A DNA stretch of 64,000 bases, from assembly GCA_951406725.2 (NCBI GenBank), contig OX597818.1, positions 132,246,001 through 132,310,000 on the forward strand, in the 5' to 3' direction. Both the position numbers and the translations under genes were made by a program. Below the pieces are notes generated by a model. It made no database searches and had not been told where the DNA came from. It worked only from the letters and a program-made list of their open reading frames with translations. This DNA comes from Octopus vulgaris. Its lineage: Eukaryota. Below, in pieces: positions 52,591 to 64,000 of the stretch (position 1 is the stretch's first letter; each line of letters begins with the position of its first letter).

Positions 52591-53059
52591 TTGCATACAT
52601 GTACACAGACATATTTATGGATGTCTTTTAATACCCATGGTAAATGCAGCTGCATTTTTTGTTTAACTTGTAATCCAGTCTTAATTGAAGAACATATTTT
52701 CAAGAAAGTCTGTAAAATATTCTGCTTCCAACAATGGAATGATCATTCATTAGAATAAGTCTTGACATACCAGAGTAGAGTTTGTCTGTAGAGTTCAATA
52801 CATCTATGTTCAATTAGAGCATCAATAGTGTGCTGGGATGGGGTGGTGGTGGAAAGTGTGTAGGCGCCACTGTGAATTCACTTCTGTGTTTACCAATCAG
52901 CAGATGTAGCTGTGTAATTTTTTTTTGTTTTGTATTTGTACATTGCTTATCCACCACCACCACCACCACCACCACCACCACCATCTCCATTTTTTTTTTT
53001 GTAAATAGAAATTACAGTAAGCTTTGTAAATTGATGATGACGATGGTGATAATATAGCA

Positions 53060-53104
53060 GTAATAATAATAATAATGATAATCATAATAATGTTAATAAT
53101 AATG

Positions 53105-53179
<75 letters not shown>

Positions 53180-53227
53180 GTAATAGTAATAATAATAATA
53201 GTAATAATAATAATAATAATAATAAAA

Positions 53228-53275
<48 letters not shown>

Positions 53276-53323
53276 GTAATAGTAATAATAATAATAGTAA
53301 TAATAATAATAATAATAATAAAA

Positions 53324-53368
<45 letters not shown>

Positions 53369-53371
53369 GTA

Positions 53372-53425
<54 letters not shown>

Positions 53426-53458
53426 GTAATAGTAATAATAATAATAGTAATAATAATA

Positions 53459-53497
<39 letters not shown>

Positions 53498-53539
53498 GTA
53501 ATAGTAATAATAATAATAATAATAATGATAATAATAATG

Positions 53540-53590
<51 letters not shown>

Positions 53591-53593
53591 GTA

Positions 53594-53653
<60 letters not shown>

Positions 53654-53776
53654 GTAATAGTAATAATAATAATAGTAATAGTAATAATAATAATAATAAT
53701 AAAAGTAATAATAATAATAATAATAATAGTAATCGTAATAGTAATAATAATAATAATAATAATGATAATAATAATG

Positions 53777-53826
<50 letters not shown>
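53060..53826. repeat. (TAA)n array with TAG/TGA variants, ~770 bp
   Basis: Direct inspection. Confidence 0.98.
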
Positions 53827-54509
53827 CCTTTCTGTTATAGGCACAAGGCCCAAAGTTTTTAGGGAGGGGACTAGTTGATTACAGTGACTCCAGAATTTCA
53901 CTGGTACTTGATTTATCGACCCTGGAAGGATTAAAGGCAAAGCTGACTTTGGCAGAATTTGAACTCAGAACGTAGCGCCGCTTAAAATATAGCTATGTAT
54001 TTCATCCAGCATGCCAACAGTACTGCCAGCTTGCTGCCTTAATATAATATAATAATAATGATGATGATGATGATAATATTCATACCAATAATAGTAATAA
54101 TGATAATAATCATTTCTACTATAAGCGCAAGGTCTGAAATTTTGAGAGGAGGGAACTAGTTGATTACATCGACGCCAGTGTATAACTGGTACTTGATTCA
54201 TCAACTTCAAAAGGATGAAAGGTGAAGTCGATTTCGGTGGAATTTGAACACAGAATATAAAGATGGATGAAATACCTATTTCTTTACTATCCACAAGGGG
54301 CTAAACACAGAGAGGACAAACAAGGAGAGACAAATGGATTAAGTCGATTATATCGACTCCAGCGCATAACTGGTACTTATTTAATCGACCCCGAAAGGAT
54401 GAAAGACAAAGTCGACCTTGGCCAAATTTGAACTCAGAATGTAGTGGCAGATGAAATACTGCTAAGCATTTTGCCCGGCATGCTAACAATTCTGCCAATT
54501 ACCGCCTTA

Positions 54510-54544
<35 letters not shown>

Positions 54545-54760
54545 CATGATAAAAATAATCCTTTCTACTAAAGGTACAAGGCCTGAAATTTTTGGGGAAG
54601 GGACAAGTCGATAACATTGACCCCAGTGTTTCACTGGTACTTAATTTATCGACCCCGAAAGGATGAAAGACAAAGTTGACCTTGAACTCAGAACATAGAA
54701 ATGAACAAAATACTGCTAAGCACTTTGTCCAGCATGCTAACGATTCTGGTAACTTGCCAC
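53827..54760 (-). mobile_element. Cluster of same-orientation MetaSINE-like copies separated by (TAA)n
   Basis: Units at ~53827-54040, 54110-54505 and 54560-54760. Confidence 0.8.
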
Positions 54761-54829
54761 TTTAATGATGATGATGATGATGGTGGTGGTGGTGATAACA
54801 TTCATAGCAATAATAATAATAATAATAAT

Positions 54830-55515
54830 GATAGTAATAATAATGATAATAATGATAATAGTAATTTCAATACAGCAAAAATAAGAGTTTCACAACAAAC
54901 CACAGCACATACCCAAGGCACACAGAGCTGTGCTCAGTAGTGCAGTAAAAGCATGTGATAAAAATAAGACTACCGAATAATGATAATAATAATAATGATA
55001 ATAATAATAATGATAATAATAATAATGATAATAGTAATTAATCAATACAGCAAAAATAAGAGTTTCACAACAAACCACAACACATACCCAAGGCACACAG
55101 AGCTGTGCTCAGTAGTGCAGTAAAAGCATGTGATAAAAATAAGACTACCGAATAATGATAATAATAATAATGATAATAATAATAATGATAATAATAATAA
55201 TGATAATAGTAATTTCAATACAGCAAAAATAAGAGTTTCACAACAAACCACAACACATACCCAAGGCACACAGAGCTGTGCTCAGTAGTGCAGTAAAAGC
55301 ATGTGATAAAAATAAGACTACCGAATAATGATAATAATAATAATGATAATAATAATAATGATAATAATAATAATGATAATAGTAATTTCAATACAGCAAA
55401 AATAAGAGTTTCACAACAAACCACAACACATACCCAAGGCACACAGAGCTGTGCTCAGTAGTGCAGTAAAAGCATGTGATAAAAATAAGACTACCGAATA
55501 ATGATAATAATAATA
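54830..55515. repeat. Tandem repeat, ~173-bp unit, 4 copies
   Basis: tcaatacagcaaaaataagag recurs at 54867, 55042, 55215 and 55388, nearly identical. Confidence 0.95.
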
Positions 55516-55789
55516 ATAATAAAACAACATGATGATGATGGTGGTGATGATGATGATAATGATGACAATGATGATGAAGGTCTTTTTATTGCAACAAGGA
55601 CAAAAATGTATGCAATGACAATAAATATGGTGATGACAATTCTATAAATTATACATACTGACATAAATATAAAACATAAGGACAAATGGTAATAATGGTT
55701 TCTTTTATCAGAAACAATTACAAGAAAGGAAGAATATTGTAATATTTCCTCATAACATAATAGATTACATACCAGCAAATAGACACACA

Positions 55790-55823
<34 letters not shown>

Positions 55824-55892
55824 TAATATATATATGCGAACATACACATATGTATAAATACATATATATGTGTGTGTGTATATATGTATGTA

Positions 55893-55932
<40 letters not shown>

Positions 55933-56025
55933 ATATATATATATCTGTATATATATATATATCTGTATATATATATATCTGTATATATATATATATATAT
56001 ATATGTATATCTGTATATATATATA

Positions 56026-56124
<99 letters not shown>

Positions 56125-56167
56125 CTGTATATATGTATATATATATATATATATACAGACACACACA

Positions 56168-56308
56168 CAGGGTATTCAAAAGGTCTCTCTGCAGTGAATT
56201 TTTAAAGTCTTACAAAGTCTAATATATTCTTTTGTAGTCTTATACCATCTTATAAATATCTATTTTGCAATAAAATACTTACTGTGAAGACACATTTTGA
56301 ACACCCTG
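56168..56308. mobile_element. Small Tc1/mariner-type MITE
   Basis: cagggtattcaaaa..cagt / actg..ttttgaacaccctg|TA. Confidence 0.6.
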
Positions 56309-56409
<101 letters not shown>

Positions 56410-56432
56410 ATATATATATATATATATACATA

Positions 56433-56579
56433 CTAGCAGCTAAGCCCGGTTTCACCCAGTTGGTTTGGATGATGTGGCTGTAAAACCTGCTATGTGTAAG
56501 CATTCGACTTGTTTGGGCACACTTGCATTAAAAAACAATTTTAGAATGACTTTTGTCTGTCAAAACACTAAAAATAATG

Positions 56580-56580
<1 letters not shown>
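56433..56580 (-). mobile_element. Helitron 3' end fragment
   Basis: Minus strand ctgggtgaaaccggg hairpin, cttagctg, CTAG|T. Confidence 0.6.
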
Positions 56581-56622
<42 letters not shown>

Positions 56623-56931
56623 ATACATACACACACATGTATGTATGTATATATCTATGTGTGTATGGGTCTTTATGTCTGTGTTTGTCCCCCACCACTG
56701 CTTGACAACCAGTGTTTGTGTGTTTACATCCTCCAACACCACTTGACAACTAGAGTTAGTTTATTTATGTCCCTGCTATTCAGCAGATTAGCAAAAGAGA
56801 CCGATAGAGAAAGTACCAAACTTTAAAAAGAAAAATAAGTCCTGGAGTCAATTTTTCTGTCCCAAACTCTTCGAGATGGTGTCCCAGCATGGCCACAGTC
56901 AAATGAGTGGAACAAGTAAAAGATAAGAGAA

Positions 56932-57338
56932 AAGGCGGAGAGCTGGCAGAAACGTTAGCACACCGGGCGAAATGCGTAGCTGTATTTTGTCTGCCGTTAC
57001 GTTCTGAGTTCAAATTCCGCCGAGGTCGACTTTGCCTTTCATCCTTTCGGGGTCGATTAAACAAGTACCAGTTACGCACTGGGGTCGATATAATCGACTT
57101 AATCCGTTTGTCTGTCCTTGTTTGTCCCCTCTGTGTGTAGCCCCTTGTGGGCAGCAAAGAAATAGGTATTTCGTCTGCTGCTACGTTCTGAGTTCAAATT
57201 CCGCCGAGGTCGACTTTGCCTTTCATCCTTTCGGGGTCGATTAAACAAGTACCAGTTATGCTCTGGGGTCGATATAATCGACTTAATCCGTTTGTTTGTC
57301 CCCTCTGTGTTTAGGCCCTTGTGGGTTGTAAGGAAATA
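56932..57338 (+). mobile_element. MetaSINE-like head-to-tail dimer
   Basis: Second unit restarts at gtatttcgtctg (~57166) directly after the first tail. Confidence 0.88.
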
Positions 57339-59624
57339 GATTAGAGAAATGGTGACAAACTGACAGTCACAGCTTGGTGCAAATGAAAAGAGGGAAAAGT
57401 GAAAAAAACCTTTAGTAAATGAAAATCGTTAGAATCAGGATACACTCAATGAACAAGAATATAACTTCTTTGACAACACAATACATTTCACAAACTACAG
57501 AACATTCGTTGAGATGACCTCTAATGCAAGAGTCATGCATTTCTGCTGACCTTACAATGTACAGTGAAGCTGTATAATGAAGATGGAGAGAAATGTGTTC
57601 AGTGTCAGCTGAATTAAATTTAGTTGAATGTGAAGTGAACTTGGTAATCATAAAAGAACTCATTGCTTTTGATATATCACATCATGACATGCCATACTGC
57701 CTCAAATGAAGCACAATACACTTAACTTTTACAAGCACAGTCTACTACGCAAAAGCAATATCTATTGCAAACTAGTTATATTCATAAAGAGAGTGAGAAA
57801 GAGGAAGGAGAGAGAGAGAGAGAGAGAGAGAGGAAGATAGATGGACAGACCGAGAGGTTGGTAGATTGGTAGATAAACAAACAGATAACAAGAAAAGCAG
57901 ATACTCTGTTTTACTCTTTTACTCTTTTACTTGTTTCAGTCATTTGACTGCGGCCATGCTGGAGCACCGCCTTTTAATCGAGCAACTCGATCCCGGGACT
58001 TATTCTTTTGTAAGCCCAGTACTTATTCTATCGGTCTCTTTTGCCGAACCGCTAAGTAACGGGGACAAAAACACACCAGCATCGGTTGGTAAACAAGCTA
58101 CTTACCACACAGCCACTCCTACGATATGTAGATAGTCTGACTGACAGATAGACAAACTGATACACATATACACATATATATATATATGCATGTACATATG
58201 CATTTATATATCAAAGGCCCTTATGGAGCCATAGGCTAATAAAGTTGGTTTTCTGGATTCTGTGGTGTATATTTTCCCACCTGGATGGGACACTGATCCA
58301 TCACAGGATAACTCATTTTTGACAGCCAAGTGGACATGAAGAACATGAAGTGAAGTGTTTTGCTCATGAACACAATGACTGTCAAGTCTGAGAATTGAAA
58401 CCTCAATCTTGTGAAGGATGAGGGCTGCAACCATCTAACAAGTAGAGCATGTTCCTTCATCACATAACAGATGAGAGCTTTTATTAATCTGAAGTGTTAT
58501 ACCAAAATCTTGCTACTTCACTTTGGTGAATCAGCACTCTGAGAGCTGATCCAGCAGACCTATGATCAAAGACAATCCAGGCATGATCATCTCATTTGTT
58601 TCTCATTAAAGACATTTTTCTATCAAGTGTTTCCTGTTATTAGAGGGAATTTAGCTGCCATTGTAAGTATAGGCGCAGGAGTGGCTGTGTGGTAAGTAGC
58701 TTGCTAACCAACCACATGGTTCCGGGTTCAGTCCCACTGCGTGGCATCTTGGGCAAGTGTCTTCTGCTATAGCCCCGGGCCGACCAATGCCTTGTGAGTG
58801 GATTTGGTAGACGGAAACTGAAAGAAGCCTGTCATATATATGTATATATATATATATATGTATGTGTGTGTATGTGTTTGTGTGTCTGTGTTTGTCCCCC
58901 TAGCATTGCTTGACAACCGATGCTGGTGTGTTTACGTCCCCGTCAAAAGAGACCGATAGAATAAGTACTGGGCTTACAAAGAATAAGTCCCAGGGTCGAT
59001 TTGCTCGACTAAAGGTGATGCTCCAGCATGGCCGCAGTCAAAATGACTGAAACAAGTAAAAGAGCAAAAAGAGTAAACGTAGCACTGGGGTCGATGCAAT
59101 CGACTTAATACCTATGTCTGTCCTTGTTTGTCTCCTCTGTGTTCAGCCCCTTGTGGGTAGTAAAGAAATCGGTATTGGAGATAGTACTGGGGTATCATTA
59201 TTGAAGGAACACATAAACATAGAAAGAGAGAGAGATGCTGCCGAGGTGTCGTTAAGAAGCAAAGGAAGAACTGGGTGAAAAAATTCAATACATAGATAAA
59301 TAAATAAATAAATAAATAAATATGGGCAGTGACGGAGTTGATTATCCTCATGGTCATGGTGAGGGTCGGGAGGCTGGGACATGGAAAACTCAAACACAAT
59401 AATGGGGTTTAAAGTTCCAGTGGTTCAATCATTTTCGAAAATGTCCTGTACAGTAACTCGCAGAACTGTACTGCATGGGAAATGATTTATAAATATGCAG
59501 TAAGAGATAATTGCATGCATACATACATACATATATATATATATATACACACATATATATATACATATATATAGAGTGTCTATCTATCTATCTATCTTTC
59601 TATCTATCTACATACATCTATGTT

Positions 59625-59676
<52 letters not shown>

Positions 59677-59954
59677 TACATATATATACATACATAATGT
59701 GCATATTATAGAAGCTAGTTTATAGCACTTGCAAAGAATTAAATAGACGCAAATTCATGTTTGTATTTATATGCACATGCATAATCATATTCCAGTGTAC
59801 ATACATAGCGCATGTATATGCCCATATAAATAAATAATTCAAACATACACAGAGAAAATGTTGACACATACTCACTCTTGTCTCTTTTCTAAAGTATCAT
59901 ATTGTAATATTAATATAATTCTATCTAAACTTCTGGAGAGTTAATTACCTTCTG

Positions 59955-60329
59955 CATGCATGCATGTATGTATGTATGTATGTATGTATGTATGTATGTA
60001 TGTATGTATGTATGTATGTATGTATATTTGTGTGTATGTATGTATGTATGTATGTATGTACGTATGTATGTATGTACGTATGTATGTATGTATGTATGTA
60101 TGTATGTATGTATGTATGTATGTATGTATGTATGTGTGTATGTATGTATGTATGTATGTATGTATGTATGTATGTATGTATGTATGTATGTATGTATGTA
60201 TGTATCTGTGTATGTATGTATGTGTGTATGTATGTATGTATGTATGTATGTGTGTGTGTGTATGTATGTATGTATGTATGTATGTATGTATGTATGTATG
60301 TATCTGTGTATGTATGTATGTATGTATGC

Positions 60330-60360
<31 letters not shown>

Positions 60361-60447
60361 TGTATGTATGTATGTACGTATGTACGTATGTATGTATGTA
60401 TGTATGCATCTATGGATAGATGAACCTAAATGTATATGTATGTATGT

Positions 60448-60478
<31 letters not shown>

Positions 60479-60502
60479 CATATGTATATATTCATATATA
60501 TA

Positions 60503-60534
<32 letters not shown>

Positions 60535-60581
60535 CGTCCATGGAGAACGGACGTTAAACGATGATGATGATGATGATGATG

Positions 60582-60613
<32 letters not shown>

Positions 60614-60648
60614 GTGTCTGTGTGTGTGTGTGTTTGTGTGTCTGTATG

Positions 60649-60679
<31 letters not shown>

Positions 60680-61142
60680 TTAGGTATGCATATGCATATA
60701 TATATATATGTGTACAGCTATGTATGTAAATGAATGAATGTGTGCGTGTGTATATGTGTCTGTGTCTGTATGTCTGGGTGTCTGTACACGTGTGTCCATA
60801 CTTTTGTACAAACATACTTTAGCACAAAGCCACAAAGTCACAGATTACACACAAATATATATATGAATATATGTTTATGCATTTGTCTATGTATGCAAGC
60901 CTGGATGCATATATATCCATATGAATGCATGCACAAAGACACAAGTATATGAGTGTATACATGCACACACACACACACAAACACGCACGCATTCACATTA
61001 TATATACATACATATGTATACACATATGCATACATACATATATATATATGCATGTATCTATAATATATCTGTGTATGTATGCATAAATTCATGTAGATAT
61101 TTACGCATATGGATTTATGCAATGGATGTATTTATTATATAC

Positions 61143-61199
<57 letters not shown>

Positions 61200-61615
61200 T
61201 TATATATATATATATATATATATGAAGAAACGCTCATATATCCATTTTAAAGCCCATTCCCGAAACTATATATATTTATATGAGCCCCATTGAACTACTG
61301 CTTTCCATTTATACTTAGATTAATACATGCATTCACAGAGAAATACATACACACACACGTATACATACATACATACATACACACATACATACATACATAC
61401 ATACATACATACATACATACATACATACATACATACATACATACATACATACATACATACATGTATGTATGTATGTATGTATGTATGTATGTATGTATGT
61501 ATGTATGTATGTATGTATGTATGTATGTATGTATGTATGTATGTATGTACATACATACATACATACATACATACATACATACATACATACATACATACAT
61601 ACATACATACATACA

Positions 61616-61649
<34 letters not shown>

Positions 61650-62095
61650 CATACACACACATACATACATACATACACACACACATACATACATACACAC
61701 ATACATACATGCATACATACACACATACATACATACATACATACACACATACATACATACATACATACATACACACATACATACACACATACATACATAC
61801 ATACATACATACACATACATACATACATACATACATACATACATACATACATACATACATACACACATACACATACATACATACACACATACATACATAC
61901 ATACATACATACATACACACATACATACATACATACATACATACATACATACATACATACATACATACATACATACATACATACATACACACACATACAC
62001 ACATACATACATACACACATACATACACACATACATACATACATACATACACACACATGCGCATATATATATGTATGTATGTATGTATATATATA
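59955..62095. repeat. Large (TGTA)n/(TACA)n microsatellite region
   Basis: Direct inspection; includes orientation switches at ~61462 and ~61548. Confidence 0.95.
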
Positions 62096-62247
62096 CATGA
62101 TTACGCAGCATTATACTCTGATAAATATGCATTTCTCATCCATTGCTACTCATTGAGAACAAACAAGATCGCCATAACTGAGAGACAATGTTAATCAGAT
62201 TCGTATCAGCCTCATATCATCTCTAGAGAGAGGAAAATAGGAACGAA

Positions 62248-62281
<34 letters not shown>

Positions 62282-62689
62282 GGTGAGAGAGAGAGAGAGG
62301 TGGAAGGGAAGCGAGAGAGGGAGAGGGAGGAGAGAATAATTTTAAAACACCAAACAACAACCTTTTGTTCTGATCAGAAGAGAAGAAAGTATTTCCCGCC
62401 ATTTATATATTATATACATTATATTATATTATATTATATTATATATTTATATAATATACTTTTGTGTTTTAGTTTGTTTGGTTTCTTTGTTTTTCACTCC
62501 ATGACAAAATAAATAGATAAAAAATAAAAAAAAAATAAAGATAAAAATTATTAAAAAAAACCAGTAAAAGTTAAAAAATAAAGATACGAAAACATCCTTA
62601 CCACATTCTTTTTTTTCTTTCTTTTTGCAATTTATCTTTGCAATGAATGGCCTCATCTGTTACCCTTGTGGCAATACAAGAAATCATTA

Positions 62690-62692
62690 TCG

Positions 62693-62737
<45 letters not shown>

Positions 62738-62812
62738 GATCAATATATTTATTCATGTAACCGAAAATGGTGTCTCTATTATCAGCACACCCATTCACAT
62801 AATCGTTGTCAC

Positions 62813-62855
<43 letters not shown>

Positions 62856-63117
62856 GTCATCGTCATCGTTGTTGTTGATGTCAACATCCTCATTACCGGT
62901 GTCATCATCATCATCATCATCGTTGTTGTCGTCGTCATCATTATCGTCATCATCCTTGTAATTATCAACATTGTTGTCGTCTTCGTGCTTGTCATCTTCA
63001 TCATCTTCATCTTCATCATTATCACCACTGTCATTGTCATCTTCGTCTTCATCATCATTTTCATCGTCATCATTGACTTTATCATCATTGTCGTCGTTGT
63101 CGTCATCATCATCATTG

Positions 63118-63166
<49 letters not shown>

Positions 63167-63334
63167 TCTCCTTCATCTTTCTTAATGCACTCTTCTTCAT
63201 CAGTGTCATTAGCATTATTATAATCATTATTATCATCATTATTATTATAATCATTATCATTAGCATTACTATCATTATTATTATTATCATTAATATTATT
63301 ATTATTGTTATTTTTATTATTATTATTATTATCA

Positions 63335-63368
<34 letters not shown>

Positions 63369-63370
63369 CA

Positions 63371-63422
<52 letters not shown>

Positions 63423-63431
63423 CATCATTAA

Positions 63432-63468
<37 letters not shown>

Positions 63469-63539
63469 TTATTATATCATCATTATTATTATTATTATTA
63501 TTATTATCATTATTATTATTATTATTATTATCATTGTTA

Positions 63540-63622
<83 letters not shown>

Positions 63623-63635
63623 CATCGTCATTATT
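62690..63635. repeat. (CAT)n / (ATT)n trinucleotide arrays
   Basis: Direct inspection. Confidence 0.95.
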
Positions 63636-63857
63636 GATGTTATTATTTACTTTCTATCAGTTATATATCTTTGATGCTGTTCTTTTATGCGTATATTGAT
63701 ATTTAGATGTTTTGTTTGCCAAACTTATTACTTTATTGTTAATTATTGTTAATATTGTTGTTATTGATAATATTCATCTTTTTGTTTTGTAAATTACATA
63801 CATGTATTGGCCTTCATCTTTTTGTTACTTATAGCTTTGATGGTGTTCTTATGTTTG

Positions 63858-63944
<87 letters not shown>

Positions 63945-64000
63945 GCATATATATATATGTATATATACATACGCATATATATATATATATATATATATAT

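Noticed and set aside
54867-55500. Repeat-spacer pattern as a CRISPR-like array
   Set aside because: Spacers are identical microsatellite, the unit is 173 bp, there are no cas genes, and the context is eukaryotic.

Overview
Eukaryotic, AT-rich, microsatellite-saturated DNA, most likely a long intron or intergenic region of a cephalopod. The SINE repertoire looks like Octopus; this is inference, not a database result. I can confirm no host protein-coding gene. Almost all long ORFs in the track are translations of (TA)n, (TG)n, (TGTA)n, (GATA)n, (TAA)n, (GAT)n or (ACC)n repeats. Retroelements present: five SINE families and decayed Gypsy, Penelope, CR1, RTE and R4/Dong-like elements. DNA elements present: Tc1/mariner elements, hAT- and piggyBac-type MITEs, and Helitrons. 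Two things stand out. (1) A recurrent class of short non-coding elements sits inside (TA)n tracts with a fold-back plus one-sided-tail architecture. Several carry type I hammerhead ribozyme cores, including variant cores, and I read them as Penelope-like pseudo-LTR or retrozyme-like units. (2) A ~5 kb segment is bracketed by an inverted ~1.2 kb duplication (38088-39479 / 44551-45790) whose junctions fit an inversion made by staggered breaks, with a later SINE insertion in one arm only. Coordinates were read by eye and may be off by a few bases.
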